A stretch of DNA of 63,064 nt, filler included, from Rhabdomonas costata (GCA_019059605.1; 47 parts of 47 records of this genome joined end to end with filler, not necessarily neighbours in it), one strand, 5' to 3'. Positions 1-12,518 are shown, counted from the first letter of the whole stretch. The notes: generated from the sequence alone by a model not told the origin. Program-made: numbers and translations.

Positions 1-243
1 GGGGGGGTTGTTCACAAAAAAGTGGACGTGGAAACACCAATCACCAACCACCAAACAAAGAGCAGACAACAAAAAAGGTAGGGGAGACTCTAGAAAAAAG
101 AGCGCGCTAAAAAAAAACGGAATAATTGAAATTCATTAACCAAGGGTGGAGGACTTCAGACAAGGAAAAGGTTGAAGTTGAACAGAATGCGGGAGAAAGC
201 GAAAAAACATTCGGGGACACAAAGTAGGGAAAAGGCATCATAC

Positions 244-731
244 CTAGGAAGGTCCCGGATCGTCTTCAGCCACTCCTGCTCAGCGATCCCCATCACCCCA
301 ACCTTAAGCCGACCAACCGTAAGCAGCACTGAAGCCAGCGACCCCGCGATCGGTCGGTCCGTCCGGGCGTCCACAAGATTCGTCATCACCCACGGCATCC
401 CACACCCCTCCGCAAGCTGCTGAAGCTCCTCCACCCCAAAGTCGAAGTCGTGGTTCCCAAACATCCCCGCATCCACCTGCAGCGCCTGGAACACCGGAAG
501 CACCTGCTGGCCTCGCATCAGAGTGCTCAGCAGGCTGGGGCTGAAGGTGTCCCCGGAAAAAAGCACCAGCAGCTGCTCCCCAAACTCCGCCCGCTTCTGG
601 GCCACCACAGTGGCCAGGCGACTGATTCCCCCAGCAGGCTCCTTGTGAACTTGGCTGAGGATGTTGTGCGCATCGGCGAAGTGGAGGATCTGCAAGTCCG
701 GTAAACCTCTTTCTTCGCTGGGGGCCGCCAT
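244..731 (-). CDS. 5'-nucleotidase / metallophosphoesterase, first coding exon
   Basis: Motifs ILHFADAH, LFSGDTFSPS, FGNHDFDFG, PWVMTNL, KVGVMGIAEQEW; exon ends at donor AG|GTATGA (243). Confidence 0.9.
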
Positions 732-1245
732 TCGTTCAATAGGACAACACCACGGTCAAAAAAGGAGAAGATGGCAAAAACACAGGATGGCCGTTCTGGT
801 GCTATTCATTGTCAGTCGATTGTTACCATCGTGCGATCATGCATGGGTAAGAGGAGCACCGCGGGGGTGCAAAAATATTCACAACAATGAAAGAGGAGAA
901 GAAAAAGGGCTATCATTCATGGAATAAAAGAATTAACTCTTCCCGCAAATCCTGTTGCTGAGCAACACACACATTGAATCTTTGAGTGGCCCAAACTCGC
1001 GCATCATTATACATCATCATCGTTTCCACAACCATAAGTATGTGACTGAGGCGATGAATTTTTATCTTCTGCGGAACACCACTTCCTGGGAGGAAGTCAA
1101 AATTCACTGAGCATTCCCAGCTTACGTATACGCAGCATATAAAAGGGCGCAGAATTCCAGAAGCAACAGAAGCAACGAAATGGGCGACAAATCGAATGAT
1201 GCATCCATAATTGTCTGAAAGTGTGTAGAAATTAACCCCAAAAAA

Positions 1246-1345
1246 NNNNNNNNNNNNNNNNNNNNNNNNNNNNNNNNNNNNNNNNNNNNTTAATTAATTA
1301 ANNNNNNNNNNNNNNNNNNNNNNNNNNNNNNNNNNNNNNNNNNNN
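1246..1345. other. Artificial contig-joining spacer (44 N + TTAATTAATTAA + 44 N); first of 46 copies, recurring about every 1.34 kb
   Basis: Identical 100-nt spacer throughout the window; TTAATTAATTAA places stops in all six frames; flanking contigs are unrelated and almost all 1243-1245 nt long, as expected of a size-sorted assembly. Confidence 0.99.
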
Positions 1346-3571
1346 GGGGCGCATCTTGGGCATATGAATTGGGCACGGAGTCGGGGTGCATCCCATACCC
1401 TTGCGTCAATCCCCTGTGTCAATCCCCTAAATCAAAAAAGCGTGACCGTAAAACAAACCGCAAGCGACAACAAAAAAGCAGTGTGTTCCGGGGCTTGAAC
1501 ATGCAGCGTGTTACGGGGGGGAGCTTTACGGGCGGTGGTCCTCCGCTACAACGCTGTTCTATTTCTGCATCAATCTCTTTCTTCAAAAACGATCCATAAT
1601 TATTCTCCAAAGCGCATCCGCACCACCACACACCGTCCATAAATAGCATATTTTATTATGCTTTGCGCCTTTTGGATCTACTGCGCAAAGCCTTTGGTTG
1701 TTAATACGACCGGCTGTGCCAGCCAGGCAGATCCACTTGAAGAACCCACGCCCTGGATTACCAACCAATAAGGCTAGGGACCTCAGGCGCAGCGGTGTCT
1801 ATTGGGATGTGTGTTTCTGGCTGATAAACTTGGCAAGTCTTACCGTTAAGCTGAAGCAGAAGCTGAAGCAGCTTTCTCGGCAGTGTGCTGTGTATCATAA
1901 TTACTTAACGTTGTTGGGTTGAATCTATGGCTATATATTGGGCACGTGGGTACCACACACTATTCGCACAATTGGTGAGCCACAAGGGCGGTATGGACTA
2001 AGGTGCTCCACACTTGCCCATCTATTGGTGCGACCACGCAACAAGTGGTAACTGGTTGGGTGTTTTATAGTGCGCAAGCGTAATATATGCTGGATAGCAC
2101 GACTTTAAGGAACCACGACCAGGCTGTAGCAAGGCTGTGTTGGTCTAGAGGCCATTACTACTCACTGGTATTCTCAGACATCCCATGGGGTCAACGCCAA
2201 ACGTAGCAGGTATTGACTCATGGTTCCAGTTGGCCTCCGGTACGAAGCCGTTTGGAGTGGGTAAGCGGACGCGCTGGGCAGCCCTGAATGAGAGGGGTCA
2301 TTGACAATGTGCATAGTGCATATGAATGTTCCCAGGAACAGTACTGACCACATCAAACTACAGTCGAAGTAGCAGCTGCGGACCTAAAACAGATCTATGG
2401 AAAAAAGCATCAAAAATAGAGCGAGAAAGAGTGGACACACAAACAGAAAAATGTTGCCAACACGTTGCGAGAAAAGACCAAAGCATACCACGTCAGTGCA
2501 CTGGTAGAACACGTACAGAAGCCGGAAAGACGAAGGCAGAAAAACAGGCACGCTTTTGCAAGGGGAGCCCGACCAAAAAACAATGCGCAANNNNNNNNNN
2601 NNNNNNNNNNNNNNNNNNNNNNNNNNNNNNNNNNTTAATTAATTAANNNNNNNNNNNNNNNNNNNNNNNNNNNNNNNNNNNNNNNNNNNNGGGTTGGTGT
2701 TGTGTTCATGCGTAGTGTGTGCTTGTAGTGTACTGCTATGTTAGTGCGTAGTGTGTCAGGATGTTGGCTTAGGGTGTGGGGTAGTGGTGGAGGGTCAGTG
2801 CATGGTTGGTGTTCGTGCTGTAGTGGATCTGTGTCAATGCCAGTGCTTTTAGTGTAGTGGTCATGGTGTCCGTGTCATGGAGTCATAGGGTGGTTGTGTT
2901 GGGCTAATCGGGTTCTGTGTGGTTGTGGAGGGTCCGTTGTAGTGTGCCTGTAGTGCTATTGTGTTGTCGTGTGTACTTGTGCTATTCTTATTGTTATGCG
3001 TATGATGTGTTGTTGTTTCTGTTGTTGTTGGTGGTCAAGGCGTTGGTGGTTGTCATGGTCTGTGGTTAGTGCTGGTTGCGTGCTGTGCTGAGGATGTAGT
3101 GCGGGTGTTGGACTGTCAGGGTGTCGTGGTGTCAGGGTCTGTCGTAGGGTGTGTCGTAGGGTCTATAGTAGTCATGTCCTGTAGTGTCCTGTTGTTAGTG
3201 CTTCTTGTGTACTTGTTGTGTCGATGCTGTTGGTGTTATGGGCTAATGTTGTGTTGGTGTCAGGGCTAATGCTGTGCTGTGGATGTCAAGGGCTAATGGT
3301 GTGCTGGGCTAATGTTGTGTTTATGCGTAGGGAATGTAGTGGTATTGTGTGTTGTTGTCATGGTTAGTGCATGTGCTGTAGTGGTCGTATGGGCTGATGT
3401 TGTTAGTGGTGTCGCATGGGATTCAGAAGACCACCGCCCACAATGTCTTTAACAATAACTAGGCCTGAACGCAGGACCAGAGGCATACCTCCTCTCTGTC
3501 CCCCAAATTCGTATTGGCGTAGTGCATGGTGTGTGATGGGCTGATGTCGTAGTGCGTATTGTTAGTGCTTA

Positions 3572-3926
3572 GCGTATGTTGTAGTGGTTTATGCTGTCAG
3601 TGCTTCCTTTATGCTTGTTGTGTCGATGTCAGGATTGAGGGGTTCAGCGTAGTCGTAGTGGTGGTTGTAGCGATGTTACGCTCTCAGTCCCCTACAGTCA
3701 TGCTGATAATCTCACCATTACCCCTCAACTCACCACTGCCTCAGAAACGCTAAGATCCCCAGCTACCAACACCATACAAGCACTCACCCTACGCTAGAAA
3801 CAAGAAGCCTTGACACAACTAACATCGCTACAACCACCACTACGACTACGCTGAACCCCTCAATCCTGACATCGACACAACAAGCATAAAGGAAGCACTG
3901 ACAGCATAAACCACTACAACATACGC
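3572..3926. repeat. 107-bp inverted repeat (3572-3678 vs 3820-3926) at contig end; probable amplification inversion chimera
   Basis: Direct reverse-complement match; strand composition flips from G/T-rich to A/C-rich at about 3680. Confidence 0.85.
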
Positions 3927-5380
3927 AAACCACAANNNNNNNNNNNNNNNNNNNNNNNNNNNNNNNNNNNNNNNNNNNNTTAATTAATTAANNNNNNNNN
4001 NNNNNNNNNNNNNNNNNNNNNNNNNNNNNNNNNNNTTTTGTTTGGATTTACGGTGGATTGCATCTTGTCGTTGGTATGTCGTCACCACACAGGGTGAAAA
4101 GCTACCTGCCCGAAGTTTCCTCGAGTGACGACAGGATATTTCAAGGTGCTGCTTCGCTCCTCTGTCTCTTGCGCACTGCTTTTTTTTTTCGCTCCTGGTT
4201 GATATAAGGAGCTGAATCCTGATGCATGATATATCCCTTTAGATGGTGCGAATGTCCAGGGAGAAGGTTCTTGTTCAGTACTAGGAGGACCCCCTGCTAT
4301 CGCCACTCTCCAAATCACTTTATTTTGGTTTCTGTCCTTCTGTTTGTATGCGCGTCTGGGTTTTGACATTAAATGGGTGCGGGGGATATGGTATAGTAAC
4401 GATGAGGTGTACTCGCGCTGCAGGGCTGAAAAGCGACACTCTTCTGCTGCAGAATGCCCTTGAGCAGTGCGCCGCAAGTATGGTGCCCTTAGTTGGAGGA
4501 GGGGGTCGAGGAGTCGTGTGTTTGGATTTCACTCCTTCGAACCCCGAGGGTGCCTCCTGTCATCTTCACTGCCAGCGGCTGCATGTGATTCTCTTTGCTG
4601 TCATTGACCTTTGTGAGGGTCATCGTTGGCTTGTTACTTGCCTTACTGCTTACTGGTTGAAGGAGCAATCCAAACCTGATTCTGTGGTGTCACACGGAAC
4701 GCAATCCGGAAATCCTTAGAGCGCGCGTGGTAGAGATTGCCCGTTAGAGTCCTTTTTTGAAGGACTGACTTGGTACACGAAGCTGCCCAAATGATCAACT
4801 CTCGATAGTCGGGAAGGGCGGCAGTCGTTCTCAGCAGCTGTGGATTTCCTGTGCTTTTTGGGTGGTGGGTGCGGTGATCCCAGCGGACGGAATGACTGTG
4901 GGGTTTTCCCGGAAGACCATGAGGCTGGAGAGCGAACTCAGCCGGATGGGCCTCGACCGCTCGGGCAGCCTGTCAGGTGGGGGCCCTTCCTCCAGCATCA
5001 CACCACCGCATTTCCCTTCCTTTCTCGAGGAAGAAAAGTTGCAGAAACAACACTCTTCAGAGTTTATCTGCGCATTGGGCAGAATGTAAAGTGCTTCAAC
5101 ACCGGCTTTTCGGCTTGTCCAAGCCGTTGAAAGCAAACAGGCAGAGTATACTGCTTTTACATTATCCTTTCAAAAAAAAGCCCCCCACCCGCCTTCGGAC
5201 TCCTCTGTCCCCACTATCCCTCAATACCGTGCGATGGTCCTTCGGACCACAAGTGGAACAAACCACCGCCTCCCACTCCTNNNNNNNNNNNNNNNNNNNN
5301 NNNNNNNNNNNNNNNNNNNNNNNNTTAATTAATTAANNNNNNNNNNNNNNNNNNNNNNNNNNNNNNNNNNNNNNNNNNNN

Positions 5381-6010
5381 TTTGTGGGTGGCCACAGTGG
5401 GGTTCGCCGCCTCGGTCTCCCCCATCGCCGTGAAAACCTTGTCCCACTCCTGCAGCACCTTCACCGCTGGCGAGCACTCCGCGTCAGCCCGGAACCCAGC
5501 GAACCCCACTGTGGCCGTCCGCAGCCCAGAAAGCAGCCTCATGCTCTTCTGTGCAGAAACCTCCCCTGCGGTCTTTGCAGGGCTACTCGCAGCTCCTCGG
5601 GGGCTAGGGTCTTCCTCCTCCGAGTCACAGGGGCTAGTACGCCTCGCGTTATCTACGAAGAAGGACCCGGGATCGGCGGAGAGGGCCCCTCCAGGGCCGG
5701 ATTCCCCCGCACCAGAAAAGGAGGGGACCGCGGCAAGGCTGGGGTGGGCCTTCTCGCGCACAGGGGAGCCATCAAAAAAGATCCCGGCCTCGTAGGCCTC
5801 GGTGACGGATTTAAGCTTCTGGACTGCTGTGGTGAGATGGTTCCAGTGGGCGCTGGCGCCAGCCTCTGTAAACCCGTCCATCGGCCAACATAAACGAGAG
5901 ATAACCGTTGTCTCATGTTCTTTCCAGGTGGTAGCATCGCTGTTCAGGCAGGCCAGAACCCACCTGGTACTAACCCGCAGGCCTAAGACATTTCCCAAAA
6001 GACTCATCAA
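5381..6010 (-). CDS. Intronless ORF of unknown function, 3'-truncated (possibly a mobile-element ORF)
   Basis: About 210 open codons running off the contig; no recognisable motif or intron. Confidence 0.35.
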
Positions 6011-6724
6011 ATACGATTAGATTGTTTCGAGCTCCTCGTTAAAAACAAAACGTCCCCCGAAAAAAGGCGGAAAAGAAAAGGGAGACGTTTTGTGGGATGG
6101 CAAACTCTAAGAGCCAAAGCAAGACATTCACGAAGGCCTAAGAAAGCTTAACAACTCTCATACGTGATCCATGGTATACCATCCATGATAGAACAGGGCA
6201 TTTTCTTCGCCTAATTGAAGAAAAGAACCTACAAGCACACAGCCCTTCTTGGAAACAAAGTTTATTCCGTTTTACTCTTCTTACGCAGCATACCCAGATT
6301 CTGGAGTGGAGTTAGGATAAACAGGAAGACTTTTACATCCCCAGATTCTGTATAATGCAGCAACAGCCAATGTAACAGCCATTTCTGCAGAAGCTGCGGT
6401 CATTCCCGTGAAATGCGGAAGTGAATCTATATCTACAGGTGACCTATTGACCCAAATAACTGGCCAAAATGGAGCTAATACACCATAATAATAGGAGTAA
6501 TAACAGGAGATCCCTCGGTCGTGTAATATATTGCGGTGAATCATAAAGCAGACCAAACAGACCACAACGTCCCCAGAAACTCATGCTCACATCACTTCTC
6601 CTACCTTCACACTCACACAAAACCNNNNNNNNNNNNNNNNNNNNNNNNNNNNNNNNNNNNNNNNNNNNTTAATTAATTAANNNNNNNNNNNNNNNNNNNN
6701 NNNNNNNNNNNNNNNNNNNNNNNN

Positions 6725-7969
6725 ATTTATGCGAATCCTGAGGTCGCTGCATAACCTCCTTCAAGATCAGTCTGAAGGCTAAGACACCTTGGAGCGCATT
6801 TCCAGCTGTGACTCGCGGTACCGCAAGGACGTGATCTGATTTCCATCCGACCAGCTCATCACCGAAGATGTCACCGGCAACAGCGCCAGAGTCCTCCTAC
6901 GTTTTCTCTCCAGCGCTCCTCGACGCCAAAAGGAGCGAGACTTAGTACTACCCATTAACTAGGACGCCCACAAAGATTGTCCCTGCCACCGCTACCTGGT
7001 GGGTAAGTTCTTCCTCTTTGACGGGCAAGTAGTCTCTACAAATCTTTGCAGCGCATGTGGCTTATTGGAAGGAAGAAGCGGGTAGTGGCTAACCACCAAG
7101 GCCTGCTGGAGGCTGTGAACAAATGGTTATGCGAGTACACCGAGCGTGCAGCCAAGAGGTGCAAGCGCTCTGCAGCTGACTTCTAGGCATGAAAGAGTCA
7201 CGTGGTCAATCTGGTGGATGACAATCTCAAGCGCTTTAAGGACTAAGAGTGGATCGCTGTTTGCTGCCTATTCAAATAAAGCAAGGAGGCCTTGAAAAGC
7301 TTTCATGACACCATGGTGGTCGCCCCAGTGGACGAGTCTCTGCACGACTTGATGTTAGCGTGCCGCTCTGTCTACCGAGCCTGGCTGCGCAAGGAGACGA
7401 CATTCTAGAGGGTTTACATGCCAACCACCGAGACCGACGACTCCATCTGGTACATAGACAACTCTCGTCCCAGATCGACCGCCTCTCCATCCGAGCTCAC
7501 TCTTACCTTTGCTGTGCTAGAAATCTCCACAAGGAGCCCGTCAAGATGAGGTGGATCGCAGGAGAAAAGACGGCAGTCATCGACTCCTACCGCAACAAGG
7601 ACACAATAGCACCCGTAACTTCCATCACTCCGCTGGGAGCTGCCCTTGGAGAGGTGCTTTGCCTGATTATGCTCACGTCGGAGGCGAAGAACATCCGCGA
7701 GTTCCGGCTCCATGGCATTAAACGGTATTGGTTGGTGACCTCTGTGGACTCGGTGGCAAAGCAAATTCACAAGAAGAGGCTCGCCAAGATGGCCGTGTGA
7801 ACCCGGGACTTTGAAACTATGTACATCAACCTCAAACACGATCGGTTGGTTTCTGGAGTCCGCCGAGCTGTTACCGAGGCCTTAGAGTACCAGAAACACA
7901 GGATCCAGGCTCAAAGCATCCACAAGCTCAGCCTGAAGTGGAACAACCAAAACCAACCACACCCAACAC
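6725..7969 (+). mobile_element. Degenerate Penelope-like element reverse transcriptase (Naiad/Chlamys-like)
   Basis: Ordered motifs across frames: KDCPCHRY, GQVVSTNL, MVVAPVDESLHDLMLACRSVY (7313+), NLHKEPVKMRWIAG, GIKRYWLVTS, TRDFETMYINLKHDRL. These match my recalled consensus VVVPADKASNN / KLHKxPxKxRFIAG / TxDFSTLYTTIPH. In-frame TAG and TGA plus a frameshift. Confidence 0.7.
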
Positions 7970-8682
7970 NNNNNNNNNNNNNNNNNNNNNNNNNNNNNNN
8001 NNNNNNNNNNNNNTTAATTAATTAANNNNNNNNNNNNNNNNNNNNNNNNNNNNNNNNNNNNNNNNNNNNGTGTTTGGTGTGTTTGGGTTGGGTTTGGAAG
8101 CGGGTCCACAGGTGTTGTTTGGAACGGGAGCTGTGCCTTCCGTTTACAAGTTAACTCAGGCATCACAGGGCACGCAGCACCAGGCGCGGTAACGCGCGGT
8201 AAGAAGACTGTGAGCGAATATCAAGAACACACGCCCGGCACCCAAATGACTCCTTTCTCACTGACAGGACTATTCACGGTGTTTATATACCCCTGTGTGG
8301 CTGCGTGCGAATGGAGGGAGAGCGATGCGGTGGTGCTCTGGGCTCATAACCACTCCAAATACGACATCATGGGATGTTGGGAACGCTTGCATCAATATTT
8401 TCGGCTCCAAGCTTTTGAGAGTGAAAACTCTCTCCACACTGCACACATCCAGAGGGAGGGAGTTTGAGATCGAAATAATGCTGATAGCACCAGGCCATAG
8501 CGTAAACAGATGTGAAATTCAGAACCAGCTGTTGCAAGCCCACCACGCACGAGGACTGGGGATGTCCGTGCCAAACCATCTGGCGTCAAGTACAGTAAGT
8601 GTATGTGCATGGGTAGCCAATCCGTAGATGCGGTGCGAGTATGAGTATGTGAGTGGATAAAGAAGTGCACGGAGGGGGGTAC

Positions 8683-9072
8683 CTTCGCTGTCCTGGGAAG
8701 TGCACGCCGTATACTGCTTTCCGTTGTACTTGAAGGGGAACACGCACGGCGACCCCGCCACCGCAGTGCCTGTGAGAGCGCACTGCGCGCCCGTGGAGGC
8801 ATTGCGGCACTCCCCGCAGTAGCCCCAATGCTTGTCCGTGTCGTAGTCCCGAGTCAAGGAGCACCACGTGCGGTCGCCCTGGCGCACGCACTCGTGCCGC
8901 GAGATTCCGTTGAGCAGGAAGGGGAACACGCATGGTGTGTCCGAGCTGCGCACGGTGCACATCGTGGGGTGAATTTCGGGGGCCTCGGGCGAGGACGGCT
9001 TGGCGCATGGCACGCAGTCGCCCCACAGCAGGTCAGTGGAGAAGGATCGGGTGGTGGCACACCAGGGCTTCC
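8683..9072 (-). CDS. Exon of a protein with tandem fibronectin type II (FN2) domains
   Basis: PWCATTRSFSTDLLWGDC (end of one FN2), CVFPFLLNGISRHEC…WCSLTRDYDTDKHWGYC (complete FN2), CVFPFKYNGKQYTACT (start of a third); CAG acceptor at 9073, GT donor at 8682. Confidence 0.9.
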
Positions 9073-12000
9073 CTGAGATGTGCGCACAAAGGCAAAAACA
9101 AACTTTTTTGAAGCAAAGGAAGCACGATTGTTGCAGCGCCATTGGCACAAAGGCACACAGACACAATACACAGGTACAATAGAGACTGCGCTACAACCCA
9201 TACCCATACCATTAACTACAATACACTACGCAGAAGAAGAAGAAGAACATACGCGCGAGGAACCCAATGCACCACCCATAGTACCCATACCACCACAGCA
9301 CTGACCCACACACCNNNNNNNNNNNNNNNNNNNNNNNNNNNNNNNNNNNNNNNNNNNNTTAATTAATTAANNNNNNNNNNNNNNNNNNNNNNNNNNNNNN
9401 NNNNNNNNNNNNNNGTTGCACGGTGCGACATCTGGTTTCCATCTCATGGTGACCTGCAGCTGATCGAGAGCTTTCTACAATCTAAGAAATGTTATTATAG
9501 GCTGAGAAATGTGTAGACAAAGACTACTGGAATTGTGGTGTAAAACACACGAAAAAACAAACGAGCGGGCATTTTACACAGCAATGCGGAAACTCAGACA
9601 AATGTGATTACCACCAAGGTGGTTGCTTTAGCAACTCTGACTTAAATGCTTCGGACGCTTGAGCGGTAGTTTAAGTTCAGTCATCAGGGATTAGATCATA
9701 AAGAAATCTGAAGCCTTTGAATCCAACATGGCTGTCACTACATTTTCCCCAAATTTAAGCGGTAGAAACAGTAGTACACAATCCTTCAGCACTGGCTTTC
9801 TGTGCAGCTTTACTGTACGCAACACACGTGGCATCTGAGAAGTAACGCCGAGCAGAGGCGCCGACCACATTGCACGTGAAGGTGGCTTCAAATGGATTAC
9901 AGGCTTTGAACCAATGACTGCTCATCGCACGTCGGTCGTGGGGTCTTCTTGGGCGAGTTATTGATCATCACCTGATGACAGCATTGCACGTGGCAGCAAT
10001 TTTGGATCTCTTGAATTGGGGCACTGATAGCATTTCACGTGAACGTGACTCTCTGTAGCTGTTGGACCAGAGTTCCGCAACGTCTTAACATCTGTTGAAG
10101 TTACGTCAGTGGTGGCAGTCTCGCAAAGCACGATGACTGTAGTTAGTTGAGTTGAAGCATCACACGTTATGGGTGCAATAAACACCGATGAAGTCGCATC
10201 ACAAATGGCACAGACGCAACCAGAATGGCATGTTGAAGTCATCGCGCTTGGTCATGCTGTCGTTATATGACCTGAGTGAAAGCTTTAAAAAAGCAGTGAA
10301 AGTAGACTTAGAACCTTTCCCGGCTCCATTTGAGACGCCGACAGAATTACTCCTGAATCCGTTGACCACACCCCTTGAGAGTTTTTATTAGCATCGCGCA
10401 AAACGCGCAAAACCGTTGGATATTCGTCGCTGACTCCACGTCGCAGGAACATGACTCCGTCTGACATAAGCACAGCGCCTCTTCACCCGGTAGTCCTTCA
10501 TTGCGGATATAATTACCGTAGAATACCTGTAACACGCGCTCTCATGGACAGCGTGGGGATGAACATCACATCGTGAGACAAGCGCCCTATCATCTCTTTT
10601 ACCAAATCAAACCACCCGCCCTCCGTCTCCACCTACAACCGACCCGCTTACAAACACCCNNNNNNNNNNNNNNNNNNNNNNNNNNNNNNNNNNNNNNNNN
10701 NNNTTAATTAATTAANNNNNNNNNNNNNNNNNNNNNNNNNNNNNNNNNNNNNNNNNNNNGGGGGTTTGGCGAGGAGTCCCATTTCGGCACTGGGTCCGGA
10801 GAAAAGGAAAGGGGGATCATATGCTTACGTTCAGGGGCTAATAGGCGCGAATGCAAGCCAAAACAAACAAACAGTGCTTATCGCGTACCGCTGGTTCTCA
10901 TTGTCGGTGGTTTACTGTTGGATGCAAAATTCAACTTGAAAAATGAAGGCCAAGAAAGCTGAACTTCTTATACCGGGACGACAGATATAAGGTGGTGCAA
11001 AGCAACCACGGTTCGGTAAAGTCAGCGTACGGAACACGGCAAAGCAGCGAGAGTGGGAATTCCGTAATGGAAGCAGGCAAGGCCACGGCTTCATTACGGA
11101 ATTCACACCTACAAAACGTGCAAGATGAACCAGAACAGTGACAGTTAACTACTTCCAGAACGCCGGGCTGACATATGGACACAGAACAAAGAGAACAAAA
11201 GCGAGTGAGCCAACCCGGCAGGCCTGGATTCAAATTCCACGCCAGAGCCTGAGAGCACATGTCCTCCATCAGCAAGCTTAATCATCACCATAAACGGCTA
11301 AACGGCAATTTAGGGGCAAAGTTCTCCGTTCCTCTCCCTCCGCGCAAATTTTTCCCCCCCGCATTTGAACAGGCCCTCGAGAGGAATCAAGGGGTCAGGT
11401 CAGCACGGAGACGGAGAGCCCCAACTGCGAAACAAAGGAAAGACGAAGGAAATGGGCAGGCGCATTCAAGCACATATACCCAGACAACTTGAGTTAGAGA
11501 GAGACAGAGGCGGTTATGACTCATCAAGTCAATGGTGAGCTTCGGAAACTGACATTCACATCGGTAATTTTTCGGCGGACATTGCCGCAAAAGGCCTTTT
11601 AGGCGGTCCCAATGGGCCGCTCGCCCCAAGCAGAAGGGCCAATAGTCTCTAATTGTGAGAAAGTCCCCCCCCCCCCAGGACAAAATCCAGACGAGATTGT
11701 TGCGATTAACTGGCCGTGGGGCATGTGAGCGGCGAATGCTTTACCACAGAGGGGAAACGGCGCACAGAAGGCACATGAGCAGCACATGCCTTTCCACGGG
11801 TACTTTTAATCATCCGCTGCTGATCCACGAGAAGACAGCCTCAACGTGCCATTGTCTTCCAAGTACAGCGGTTGCTCCCAGTGCCGATCTAGCATCGTTT
11901 TTTATACCATGAGCTTTTTATACCATGAGGCATGTGGCCAGTAGGGTGCAACCAACAGAAAAATCAACCTGGTTACTGCTTTCCTGCAAATGACACACAC

Positions 12001-12103
12001 ACCNNNNNNNNNNNNNNNNNNNNNNNNNNNNNNNNNNNNNNNNNNNNTTAATTAATTAANNNNNNNNNNNNNNNNNNNNNNNNNNNNNNNNNNNNNNNNN
12101 NNN

Positions 12104-12518
12104 CTTGATTGTGGCCTGCTGTAAGTGTCACATTGTAATGGAGGCGGTGTGTGAGGATGACCGTGAACTGCTTACGTTGCTCGGTGCTGGAGTGGTGGGC
12201 ACACAATTCTGCATTATGTTCTTGTGAGAATTTGGACGGTTGGTAGGGACGGGAGTATTTTGTAATTTCTGCTGGTAGGATGGCGAGGTGGGTGTTTCTC
12301 GGGTACAAAAGTCCCTTCGCTGTAGTTCGTGCTGATGCGGTTTCTCGGGTCGTTCCCTCCACCACCGGTGGGAGATGGATCCCCACTCTCCCTTGATTGT
12401 GGCCTGCTGTAAGTGTCACATTGTAATGGAGGCGGTGTGTGAGGATGACCGTGAACTGCTTACGTTGCTCGGTGCTGGAGTGGTGGGCACACAATTCTGC
12501 ATTATGTTCTTGTGAGAA
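12104..12518. repeat. 127-bp perfect direct repeat (12104-12230 and 12392-12518)
   Basis: Identical copies offset by 288 nt; the first copy begins at the contig edge. Confidence 0.95.

Noticed and set aside
771..851. Signal-peptide exon head-to-head with the nucleotidase
   Set aside because: Very short, two competing ATG frames, and the minus strand reads equally well as a pyrimidine-rich upstream region.
1900..2400. Degenerate integrase or R2-like endonuclease remnants (GHVGTT, RNHDQAV)
   Set aside because: Only isolated short motifs in different frames; no element class can be supported.
2691..2700. GGGTTGGTGT resembling kinetoplast minicircle CSB-3
   Set aside because: Lies at the contig edge, where G/T primer remnants occur throughout the window.
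6281..6565. HFTGM as a cox1 fragment
   Set aside because: The surrounding conserved cox1 residues (MPRR, DYP) are absent.
9415..10659. PHD-finger or transposase relic (RCDIWF at contig start)
   Set aside because: Too fragmentary and interrupted by stops.
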